From NCBI GenBank assembly GCA_963745075.1, contig CAVUWV010000009.1:128001-192000 (forward strand): DNA of 64,000 nt. Reading direction: 5' to 3'. A model generated the notes under the pieces. That model worked only from the letters and a program-made list of their open reading frames with translations. It did not search any database and was not told the DNA's origin. The position numbers and the translations under genes are program-made. The stretch comes from Candidatus Hydrogenedentota bacterium (lineage in GTDB: Bacteria; Hydrogenedentota; Hydrogenedentia; Hydrogenedentales; SLHB01). Shown here one piece after another: positions 30,106-39,036 of the stretch (position 1 is the first letter of the stretch; each line of letters opens with the position of its first letter).

Positions 30106-31326
30106 TCAATTCCCGTCGTGCTCCTCGCGACCGGCATTCCGCTCCACTTCCGCCTGCCGCTGCGTCCGTTCCCAGCCGCCGGGCTTGTCGGAGCGGACCA
30201 GCCGAAGATAGAAGGGGATCTTCCAAAGCAGGAAAAGGGGCACGAGCATCAGGCCGCGCCATACGGACGCCGGCGCCCCCATACGATACAGGCCCGCTGC
30301 CACGTACGCCACCGTCCCCAGCGCCATCGCGAAGAACACGGGAACCCAGAGGGGGTAAACGAGCCACGCCAGGGCGAGTGCGACGCCCTGCATAAGCACT
30401 AGCAAGGAGAGTGGGGGAACCAGCAGTTCCAGGATTGCGTCCAGATATCGCCACCGCGGAGTTTTGACGAATGCCTTGAACAAAGCCGGCAAATACGTTT
30501 TGACCGTCTCCCAACGGCCGGATTCCCAGCGGCGACGCTGTGGTTCCGCTTGCGCTTGCGTCGTGGGCATCTCGGAAATCACGACGGCATCGGGATTGAA
30601 ATGCACCACGATTCCATCCAGCAGCAGACGCGTCGAGAATTCGATATCTTCGACAATGGAATGGGCCGGCCATCCGTAGTGAAGCAGGAGATCCGTCCGA
30701 AAGGCCATGCCGTTCCCTTTGAGGTCGGCCGTTCCGCCGAGGCAACTTCGGCCCGCAGGACGCAGTCCGTTTACCAGTGCGAAGCCCGCGTAGGTGAGTG
30801 CGGTACGCCAATTGGCCCCCGGATTGGATACCCCGTGGTACCCCTGGACAACGGTAACCGCCGGGTGGGAGAGGCTTCCCGAGATTTGTTCCAGAAAGGC
30901 CCGATCGACCTGGGTGTCTGCGTCCACGAGTGCAATGGCGTCGAACGCGCGCAGCATTTCCGCCTGCTCTCGCAGAAACCAGTCGATGGCCTGTCCCTTT
31001 CCGCGAAGGTCGGGCTCATTTCGTTCGAAGGCGCGAGCGCCGGCAGCGTCAGCTTCGGCGGCGGTGCGGTCCGTACAGTTGTCCGCAATGACGAAAACCG
31101 CAAACCGGTCTCGGGGGTAGTGCGCTTCGAGCGCCCGGCGCACACACGCGGCGATCTGCAACTCTTCGTTGTGAGCCGGCATGGCCATCGCGATCCGCAG
31201 GGGGGCGGCATTGAGAATCGCCTTCTTGCGAAGGACGAATGCTGCGGCGGTAATCACCAGCAAGTACACGGTGATCGTACCCAGGGCGAGCGCAACTAAT
31301 CCCAGCAGTACGTCAAGAACGATCAC
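30106..31326 (-). CDS. Glycosyltransferase family 2 (CESA-like, membrane-bound)
   Basis: PAHNEE, ADNCTD, DAD, VED, QRRRW. Confidence 0.92.
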   Translation of the reverse strand: MIVLDVLLGLVALALGTITVYLLVITAAAFVLRKKAILNAAPLRIAMAMPAHNEELQIAACVRRALEAHYPRDRFAVFVIADNCTDRTAAEADAAGARAFERNEPDLRGKGQAIDWFLREQAEMLRAFDAIALVDADTQVDRAFLEQISGSLSHPAVTVVQGYHGVSNPGANWRTALTYAGFALVNGLRPAGRSCLGGTADLKGNGMAFRTDLLLHYGWPAHSIVEDIEFSTRLLLDGIVVHFNPDAVVISEMPTTQAQAEPQRRRWESGRWETVKTYLPALFKAFVKTPRWRYLDAILELLVPPLSLLVLMQGVALALAWLVYPLWVPVFFAMALGTVAYVAAGLYRMGAPASVWRGLMLVPLFLLWKIPFYLRLVRSDKPGGWERTQRQAEVERNAGREEHDGN

Positions 31327-31533
31327 GGCGACTCCTTCGGCAGAACAAATTCATCCGGGCGCAGGGAATTCTCGGATTCCGCATCACGGTTTGCTTCCGA
31401 TGCACATCCGTAACGAGAACCCACCAGCGCCCCCGTGTCGAGTTTACCCCAATTGTCCTCTTTGCCTCCACGTTGGTTGCGTCGATCGCGCGGGCTGTCT
31501 ATCATGGCGCGGTTTGCAACAACGAGAGGTAAC

Positions 31534-32562
31534 GTGACAATCGAACCGCAGCTCGATAGCTCCAACGCCGTTGAGGACAGCGCCTTCGCGCGTCCGGGGG
31601 TGGACATATCCTTCGTCGTCATTGGCTACAATGAGGCGGACAACCTGCGCGCGTGCCTCGATTCCATTCGTCAAGCGGACTTGGACGGCATTTCGCACGA
31701 ACTCCTCTACGTCGACGGGGGCTCCCAAGACAACAGCGTCGACATTGCACGAGACTGCGATGCGGATGAGATCCTCGGGGGAGAGAAACGCCGGCGTGCC
31801 GCGGAGAACCGGAATCTCGGCGCCCACAACAGCCGCGGTACGTTCATCCAATTTCTGGATGGGGATATGCAACTCGAACCCAACTGGACCAGGCGTGCCT
31901 TGGCGTACCTGAACGACCGCCCGGATGTCGCCGTCGTGTGCGGAAAACTGAACGAGCGGAACGAGGCGTTTCTTTTCCAGGTAATCCAGTTGGATTGGGT
32001 GCAGCGCGAAGGCGCGGTGGAAACCTGCGGCGGTGCGGCCCTGTTCCGGCGCGAAGTGTTCGAACGGGCCGGCGCTTTTCCCGAGGACGTCGCGTACGGA
32101 GAAGAACCCCTGCTGTGTTGGCGGATTCGGAACGAACTGAGAATGGAAGTGCATTTTTGGGGTGAGCCTATGGCGTTGCACGACATTGGCTTCTCGGGTT
32201 TGGGGGACTACTGGCGTCAGTACCGCCGGAACGGCGCCACCTACATCGAAATCGCTGCCCGTTGTGCCGGCACGCAGGATCCGTATTGGACCCGCGATAC
32301 CGTAACCAACTTTGCGTGGGCCTCCGCGTTGTTGGCCGTGGTGGCATTCTTCCTGGCCGGTTCGTCGCCCGTTCGGATCGGTCTGGCCATTCTCGTGTGT
32401 GTTGTCGTTCTCAGAAAGATCGTGCAAACGCGACGGCGTGGAACAACCTGGGCGATCGCTGCGGGTTATACCGCCCACGTGTACGGATCCAAGATACCCC
32501 TTGCCTACGGGCAGCTTCGCTGGTTGGTGGAACAAGCGTTCTCTCACCGCAGCGATCGGTGA
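31534..32562 (+). CDS. Glycosyltransferase family 2 with C-terminal TMs
   Basis: VVIGYNE, YVDGGSQD, QFLDGD, CGGAAL, GEEP; GTG with GAGG SD. Confidence 0.9.
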   Translation: MTIEPQLDSSNAVEDSAFARPGVDISFVVIGYNEADNLRACLDSIRQADLDGISHELLYVDGGSQDNSVDIARDCDADEILGGEKRRRAAENRNLGAHNSRGTFIQFLDGDMQLEPNWTRRALAYLNDRPDVAVVCGKLNERNEAFLFQVIQLDWVQREGAVETCGGAALFRREVFERAGAFPEDVAYGEEPLLCWRIRNELRMEVHFWGEPMALHDIGFSGLGDYWRQYRRNGATYIEIAARCAGTQDPYWTRDTVTNFAWASALLAVVAFFLAGSSPVRIGLAILVCVVVLRKIVQTRRRGTTWAIAAGYTAHVYGSKIPLAYGQLRWLVEQAFSHRSDR

Positions 32563-32636
32563 AGGATCCCGGGGGAATTCCTACCAATCTAAACATTCAT
32601 TGCGATTGGCGGTTTTGAAAAATTTCTTTCCGCCAA

Positions 32637-32657
32637 ATAACAGAATCCTGTTATAAT
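32637..32657 (+). promoter_or_regulatory. Extended -10 promoter overlapped by a palindromic operator
   Basis: ATAACAG-AATC-CTGTTAT perfect inverted repeat; TG-t-TATAAT at 32649-32657. Confidence 0.65.
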
Positions 32658-32734
32658 AAATTTCGCCGACGGGCAGGCAGAATGATCCTTCGGAACGGGA
32701 GAGTTTCGGAAGAAGAGTACAGGGGGAATGCCAC

Positions 32735-32962
32735 ATGACCATCGAGCGCGCGCTACGCATTATCGCCGGTGCATTCGTCTTTATCAGCGTATTGCTGGCT
32801 GCTTTTCATTCCATGTATTGGCTCTTCTTTACGGGGTTCGTCGGACTCAATCTCTTTCAGTCGGGGTTCACCAATTGGTGCCCCATGGTGTGGATATTGG
32901 AGAAGGCGGGATTAAAACGCGAGGGCGCTCCGAGAGGTGCAGAACCCGCGTCGGCGGATTAG
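32735..32962 (+). CDS. DUF2892 (YgaP-like) small membrane protein
   Basis: ERALRIIAG...FVGLNLFQSGFTNWCPM. Confidence 0.9.
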   Translation: MTIERALRIIAGAFVFISVLLAAFHSMYWLFFTGFVGLNLFQSGFTNWCPMVWILEKAGLKREGAPRGAEPASAD

Positions 32963-33262
32963 ATCGGCCCTCCCTCTCCCACCCCCGGTTGACCGAACCC
33001 CCTGGACTCGCCGGGGGTACCCGGAAGCGCCGAACTTCCGGGCGGAGGGTTCGCGGAGCAGGACCGCACCAGCGAGATGCTCGCCTGGGACGAGATCTTG
33101 TGCGGCCCTGCTCCGCACGTTTGCTCAATCCCAATCTGCCACAACACTGTGCAAATCCATCGACTTCGAGTGTACAACAATTTGAACGGCGGCAACGTAT
33201 GTATGAATGTCCAAACAATCATGTCCGCGAGCGGCGATCGATTCGATGCGGAAGTCATTTGC

Positions 33263-33275
33263 GATCAATTGGTTA
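33263..33275 (+). promoter_or_regulatory. IHF-binding site
   Basis: GATCAA-TTGG-TTA vs consensus WATCAA-N4-TTR, directly upstream of a sigma54 site. Confidence 0.6.
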
Positions 33276-33301
33276 CAACGACGGCGCGAAACGGTGCCAA
33301 G

Positions 33302-33317
33302 TGGCATTGAATATGCT
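33302..33317 (+). promoter_or_regulatory. sigma54 (-24/-12) promoter
   Basis: TGGCAT-TGAAT-ATGCT, GG-N10-GC. Confidence 0.7.
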
Positions 33318-33429
33318 CCCCTTCGTAAACGGATTCCCAGGCTCCAGCGAAAGGATTGACGTTGCCGCAGGCTGGTAGTCCAACAAAGTCCATTACGATT
33401 GTAGCGGGCACTGCGTATGGAGAAAGCAC

Positions 33430-36258
33430 ATGAAACTCGGAGATACCCTGACACACTACGCCACCGAGCACCCGAAGAAGGTGACTGGTCTCATTGTGGC
33501 GTTCACGATTGCGTTGGCCCTTCTGGCGGCGCTGCCTTCCATCTGGCCCGAGCAGTTTCGCTTCCTGAGCCCGGTGGCCGTCGACACCGATCCCGAAAAC
33601 ATGCTCAGCCACGATGAGGCGGTGCGTGTTTTTCACGATGACATGAAGAAACTGCTGTCCCTTCACGACATGGTTGTCCTGGGCATCGTCAATGAGAAGA
33701 ATCCCGACGGGGTATTCAATCCGAAATCGTTGCAGGCGGTCTACGACCTGACCCAATACGCCAAAACGCTCCATGGCCAAGCGCTCGGTGTTAAGGATCC
33801 CAACGCCGGCGTTGTGGACGTCGATCTGATCGCCCCATCCACGGTCGACAACATCGAGCAGGCGGGTCCCGGCACCGTGCGATTTGAATGGTTGATGGCG
33901 TCTCCGCCGAAAACCGAAGAGGAAGCCCTCGCCGTTCGCGAGAAGGCCCAGCGTATTCCATTCCTGAACGGCACCATGGTTTCGGAAGACGGAAAAGCGA
34001 TCTGCCTGTACTTGCCGCTCACGTCTAAAGACCTCAGCTACAACGTGTACTCGCGATTGCGCGACCGAGTCGCCCAATTCAAAGGCGACGACCAGTTCTA
34101 CATCACCGGTCTACCCGTCGCCGAGGATACGTTCGGTGTGGAAATGTTTATCCAGATGGCCATCTCCGCGCCGCTGGCCATGCTCGTCATCTTCCTGCTC
34201 ATGCTCTATTTCTTCCGGAAGCTTGTGTTGGTGATTGCGCCTATGATCGTCGCCATGGTGACGGTGATCTGCACGATGGGATTACTCGTCGTCACCGGCA
34301 ACACGATTCACATCATGAGTTCCATGATTCCTATTTTCATCATGCCTATTGCGGTATTGGATTCCATTCACATCTTGTCTGAATTTTTCGACCGGTTCCA
34401 GGAGACGCGCAACCGGAAAGACACGATCTGGAAAGTCATGGACACGTTGCACGGGCCTATGTTGTACACCTCCCTGACTTCTGCCGCGGGTTTTGCATCG
34501 CTCGCCTTGACACCGATCCCGCCCGTCCAAGTGTTCGGAATCTTCGTTTCGCTGGGTGTGCTCATGGCCTGGGTGTTCACGGTTCTGCTCGTTCCCGCGT
34601 ACGTGATGTTCATCCCGGATCGCTCCCTCGAGAATTTCGGGATGAAACACAGCGGCGACGAGGACGAGGCGGCGCCCACCACCCGGATGGGACGATTCCT
34701 CGGTTGGGCCGGTGAAATGACCTATCACCGTGCGAAGGCCATTATCGCGGTATCGGTGATCGCGGTCGTGGTGGCCGGATACGGCATCAGCCTCATTCAG
34801 ATCAACGATAATCCAACCAAGTGGTTCCGGAAATCCCACCCGATCCGCGTCGCCGACAAGGTACTTAACGAGCACTTCGGCGGCACGTATATGGCCTATC
34901 TCGCGCTCTATCCCAAGGGGATGAACCCGGAATCGGAACTGTCCACGACTCCTCCCGTTACACCGGAAACAGAAAAAAGCGAACCAAGCAGCGCCGAGCC
35001 CGGCCTTCCGTCGGGATTGGGTGGGGAAGAAGCGGCGCCGGCGCTGCCCGCTGGGCTCGGAGGCGCCGAGACTCCAGAGCCAGCGTCAACTCCGGCGCCA
35101 GCCGACAATGCGAAGTCTTCATTTCCTGAAGTGTTTAAGAACCCGGAAGTCCTGCGTTACATGGAAGGGCTGCAACAGCACCTGTTGACGACCGGTGTGG
35201 TCGGGAAATCGAATTCCCTCGCCGATATCGTGAAGACCGTCCACCGCGAATTGACCGACGGGACCGAGAAGGAATTCCGCGTGCCGGACTCTCCGGGGGC
35301 GGTCGCCCAATGCCTGATGCAATACCAGAGCAGCCATCGGCCGCAGGATCTCTGGCATTTTGTGACGCCCGACTATCAACTGTCCAGTATCTGGGTGCAG
35401 TTGAAGAGCGGCGACAACAAGGACATGGAACAAGTCGTTAAGTCGGTGGAAGCCTACATGGCGAAGAATCCGCCGCCCGAGGCGTTGGCCCATCAATGGT
35501 TCGGGCTTACCTACATCAACGTCATCTGGCAGGACAAGATGGTCAGCGGCATGCTGCAATCGTTCCTCGGCAGCTTTCTTGTCGTGTTGCTCATGATGAT
35601 CGTCCTGTTCCGGTCCGCCCTTTGGGGATTCATCTCGATGATCCCCCTAACCATCACGATCGGCCTGATTTACGGCGTGATCGGGCTCATCGGCAAAGAC
35701 TACGACATGCCGGTGGCGGTGCTTTCCTCGTTGACGCTGGGCTTGGCGGTCGATTTCGCCATCCACTTCCTGTCGCGAGCGCGAACCATGTATGAGAAAT
35801 ACGGGTCTTGGGACGCGACTCACAGCCATGTCTTCGGTGAGCCGGGCCGGGCCATTACCCGGAATGTCATCGTCATCGCCGTCGGATTTCTTCCGCTGCT
35901 CGCGGCGCCCCTCGTGCCGTACAACACCGTCGGCGTGTTCCTGGCTTCCATCCTCTTCGTCTCCGGCATCGCGACCTTGCTGATACTTCCGTCGCTGCTG
36001 AGGCTGCTCGAGCCGCTATTGTTCATCCGGTCGGCCGGCATCGCATTTACCTGCAAGTGCGGAACCTGTGTCGCCGCATCCGTCTCCGTCGTGGCGTTGG
36101 TTGCGGTGAACGTGCACCAGTTCCTGCAGGTTGGATACTCGGCTATGACGTGGACCAGCGGGATCGCGGTTCTCGCGCTCATGGCCTTTTGCTTCATCAT
36201 GTCCCGGCGACAGAGTTGCCGGATGCCCGTAGACACCGAACACGAACACAACGCATAA
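33430..36258 (+). CDS. MMPL/RND family transporter
   Basis: Two TM blocks with IAVLDSIHILSEF and GLAVDFAIHFLSR, YTSLTSAAGF; large periplasmic loops. Confidence 0.93.
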   Translation: MKLGDTLTHYATEHPKKVTGLIVAFTIALALLAALPSIWPEQFRFLSPVAVDTDPENMLSHDEAVRVFHDDMKKLLSLHDMVVLGIVNEKNPDGVFNPKSLQAVYDLTQYAKTLHGQALGVKDPNAGVVDVDLIAPSTVDNIEQAGPGTVRFEWLMASPPKTEEEALAVREKAQRIPFLNGTMVSEDGKAICLYLPLTSKDLSYNVYSRLRDRVAQFKGDDQFYITGLPVAEDTFGVEMFIQMAISAPLAMLVIFLLMLYFFRKLVLVIAPMIVAMVTVICTMGLLVVTGNTIHIMSSMIPIFIMPIAVLDSIHILSEFFDRFQETRNRKDTIWKVMDTLHGPMLYTSLTSAAGFASLALTPIPPVQVFGIFVSLGVLMAWVFTVLLVPAYVMFIPDRSLENFGMKHSGDEDEAAPTTRMGRFLGWAGEMTYHRAKAIIAVSVIAVVVAGYGISLIQINDNPTKWFRKSHPIRVADKVLNEHFGGTYMAYLALYPKGMNPESELSTTPPVTPETEKSEPSSAEPGLPSGLGGEEAAPALPAGLGGAETPEPASTPAPADNAKSSFPEVFKNPEVLRYMEGLQQHLLTTGVVGKSNSLADIVKTVHRELTDGTEKEFRVPDSPGAVAQCLMQYQSSHRPQDLWHFVTPDYQLSSIWVQLKSGDNKDMEQVVKSVEAYMAKNPPPEALAHQWFGLTYINVIWQDKMVSGMLQSFLGSFLVVLLMMIVLFRSALWGFISMIPLTITIGLIYGVIGLIGKDYDMPVAVLSSLTLGLAVDFAIHFLSRARTMYEKYGSWDATHSHVFGEPGRAITRNVIVIAVGFLPLLAAPLVPYNTVGVFLASILFVSGIATLLILPSLLRLLEPLLFIRSAGIAFTCKCGTCVAASVSVVALVAVNVHQFLQVGYSAMTWTSGIAVLALMAFCFIMSRRQSCRMPVDTEHEHNA

Positions 36259-36298
36259 TCACGACTGGACTCTCTCGCGAGTCCAAGGAGGATATGTC

Positions 36299-37096
36299 AT
36301 GCGAATGCTGCCCCGATTCTTAATGCTGGCCGCGATGTCCGCGCTGCTGACGTTTATTGCGCGCGCACAGGACACGCCGTCGGTTGACGAAATCGTCCAG
36401 AAAACCAACCACATGTCCTACTATCAGGGGAAAGACGGCCGGGCCCGGGTGAAGATGACCATCACCGACGCGCAAGGCCGCACTCGAGAGAAGGATTTCA
36501 CAATTCTTCGCCTGAACCGGGACGACGTGGATAAGGAACAGGCGTTTTACGTGTATTTTCACGAACCCGCCGACGAACGGGGCGTGGTGTTCATGGTCTG
36601 GAAACACGTCGGCAAGGATGATGATCGCTGGCTTTACCTTCCCGCGCTGGACGTCACGAAGCGTATCGCCGCTTCCGACAAACGGACCAGTTTCGTAGGC
36701 TCCAACTTCTATTACGAAGACGTGTCCGGCCGCAGTACCGATGCCGACAACCATGAACTCGTCGAAACGACCGACACCTACTATGTCCTGAAGAACACGC
36801 CGAAGGACCCGTCCACCGTGGAATTCGACTCGTTCACCATGTGGATTCACAAGGCAACCTTCATCCCCGTCAAGGTTTCGTACGAGAAGGGCGGCGAGGT
36901 CTATCGCGAAGCGACGGTGTTGAAGGTGGACAACATACAAGGACACGAAACCGTTACCAAATCCAGCATGAAGGATCTCAAGAACGGCGGTGAAACCATC
37001 CTCGACTACACCTCGGTCGAGTATGACATTGGTTTGACCAACGATATCTTTACGGAGCGGTATCTTCGCAATCCACCCCTCGATTTGGTGAAATGA
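36299..37096 (+). CDS. LolA-like outer-membrane lipoprotein-sorting protein
   Basis: Signal peptide; FHEPADERG, DDRWLYLPAL, RIAASDKRTSFVGSNFYYED, IFTERYLR. Confidence 0.88.
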   Translation: MRMLPRFLMLAAMSALLTFIARAQDTPSVDEIVQKTNHMSYYQGKDGRARVKMTITDAQGRTREKDFTILRLNRDDVDKEQAFYVYFHEPADERGVVFMVWKHVGKDDDRWLYLPALDVTKRIAASDKRTSFVGSNFYYEDVSGRSTDADNHELVETTDTYYVLKNTPKDPSTVEFDSFTMWIHKATFIPVKVSYEKGGEVYREATVLKVDNIQGHETVTKSSMKDLKNGGETILDYTSVEYDIGLTNDIFTERYLRNPPLDLVK

Positions 37097-37103
37097 GGTG
37101 ACC

Positions 37104-38675
37104 ATGAAGGTACGTGGCTCCCGGTATTTTGCGGTGCATCGGTTCGGTGCATGGACGGTTGGCGCGGCCGCCGTCCATGCGCTGCTTTTCATTGGGACTC
37201 TGACCGCTATGGGCGCCGAAGCGCCTCCGTTGCCACCCGGTCTTGACGCTCCGAAATCGGACTCGACGCCAGCCCTTCCGGAGGGACTCGGAAAGCCGGC
37301 CAAGGACGCGGGTCCCGCGTTGCCGGAAGGCCTTGGCGACGGTCAAACGAAATCGGGCCCGGCGCTACCCAAAGGGGTAGAGTCCTCGGGGCCCGAACTT
37401 CCGCCCGGCTTGGGCGAAGGGGAACAGAAAGCTGACTCTGCCACGGCCGGAGAAGGCAAGAGCACGGGCGAGAACCTCGCAGATCGAATTCCTTCCTGGC
37501 TGCATGGTTTTTGGGAGGCCCGGGCCGGCATCCGAACGCAAGAAGATCCCGTCGAACCGGCAGACGCCATTCTGGGCGAAACCCGACTGCAACTGAAACT
37601 GGAAAAGTCCTGGAACAAGGCTATCCTCGAGTTCACCGGAGATGTCTACGGCGACGCCGTACTTGAGGAAGGTGCGTTCGATCTCCGGCAGCTACGATTA
37701 ACCTGGAGGCCGTTGGAAAATGTCGACATCCGCATGGGCCGGCAAATCCTGACTTGGGGTACCGGCGACCTTCTGTTCATCAATGACCTGTTTCCAAAGG
37801 ATTGGCAGTCCTTCTTTATCGGTCGCGACACCGAGTATCTGAAAGCGCCTACCGACGCCATCAAGATTGGCTGGTACCACGACTTTCTGAATGTCGAGTT
37901 CGTGTACACACCCCAGTTCGTTTCTGACCGGTTTATCACCGGGGAGCGGATCAGCTATTGGGACCCCATGTTCAGCCGTTTCGCGGGTCAGGACGACCAA
38001 GTGGACTACAACGCCCCGAGCGACTGGTTTGAGGATGACGAGTTCGCCGTCCGGCTTTACCGGAGCATCGGTTCGTACGAACTCGCCTTTTACGGGTATT
38101 CCGGATATTGGAAAAGTCCAGCAGGACAGCATTTCCCGCCCCTCGAGGCCACGTTTCCGAAACTCAACGTTTATGGCGCCAGCCTCCGGGGTAATTTCCT
38201 CAAGGGGATCGGGAATGTGGAGGTCGGCTATTACGATTCCCGTCAGGATCGAAGCGGCAGTAGTCCCTTCATTAGCAACAGCGAGTTCCGGCTCCTCCTC
38301 GGGTACGAGCAGGAATTGGCGAAGAATCTCACCGGTGGGATTCAGTACTACCTCGAACACATGATGGACTACGACGCCTACCGAAGCGCCATTTTCACGC
38401 GTATCCTGGGCGAGCCCCGCGACGAGGATCGTCACGTCGTCACCGTTAGGTTGACCAAACTCCTGATGAACCAGAACCTTAGACTCTCGCTGTTCGCCTA
38501 TTGCAGCCCCTCCGACAGCGATGCCTACCTCCGGCCCAACGTAAACTACAAGGTTAACGACCATTGGTCCGTTGAGGCGGGAGGAAACGTGTTCTTTGGG
38601 GCGTGGAATCAGACTTTCTTCGGGCAGTTCGAGAACAACACCAACGTATACGCCAGCGTACGGTTCTCGTTCTGA
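37104..38675 (+). CDS. Putative outer-membrane beta-barrel with N-terminal Pro/Gly repeats
   Basis: Signal-like N-terminus; GRQILTWGTGD; alternating beta strands; C-terminal VRFSF. Confidence 0.8.
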   Translation: MKVRGSRYFAVHRFGAWTVGAAAVHALLFIGTLTAMGAEAPPLPPGLDAPKSDSTPALPEGLGKPAKDAGPALPEGLGDGQTKSGPALPKGVESSGPELPPGLGEGEQKADSATAGEGKSTGENLADRIPSWLHGFWEARAGIRTQEDPVEPADAILGETRLQLKLEKSWNKAILEFTGDVYGDAVLEEGAFDLRQLRLTWRPLENVDIRMGRQILTWGTGDLLFINDLFPKDWQSFFIGRDTEYLKAPTDAIKIGWYHDFLNVEFVYTPQFVSDRFITGERISYWDPMFSRFAGQDDQVDYNAPSDWFEDDEFAVRLYRSIGSYELAFYGYSGYWKSPAGQHFPPLEATFPKLNVYGASLRGNFLKGIGNVEVGYYDSRQDRSGSSPFISNSEFRLLLGYEQELAKNLTGGIQYYLEHMMDYDAYRSAIFTRILGEPRDEDRHVVTVRLTKLLMNQNLRLSLFAYCSPSDSDAYLRPNVNYKVNDHWSVEAGGNVFFGAWNQTFFGQFENNTNVYASVRFSF

Positions 38676-38779
38676 CATCCGCCAGCAGGCGATGGAGCAG
38701 CGAACTTCGCCTGCGTGCGGAGTGTTTCATGATCGTTTTGCGGGTTTTTCGGGACTGTTTGGGCTTTGTTAGTAAAAGC

Positions 38780-39008
38780 TGTGGAGAATGGACTTCCGCG
38801 AAGCGTTGCAGATGTCATGGATACTTTTCATAGTTTGGATTTCGTCCACCGCGCCGTTGCCGAATTGAGATAAACTATTACAAGATAATTGGTTACCTAA
38901 TCAAGGCATAGCGTCGAAAGAACCCGATGAAGAGATTTAGCGGGTGTCTTACGGAATCGTCTGGTCCTGTGGATAACCTGTGGATAAGGTGCTTTCGCCT
39001 GTTGAAAA
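38780..39008. other. DnaA-box cluster, candidate replication origin
   Basis: TGTGGATAA at 38968 and 38979 (perfect); TGTGGAGAA at 38780 and TGTTGAAAA at 39000 (1 mismatch each); AT-rich tract 38862-38904. Confidence 0.55.
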
Positions 39009-39036
39009 CCACGCCCGGAGAAGGTGGAACGACCGA

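Noticed and set aside
36294..36323. Micro-ORF MSCECCPDS overlapping the LolA-like start
   Set aside because: Nine codons in an alternative frame sharing the same SD; no independent support
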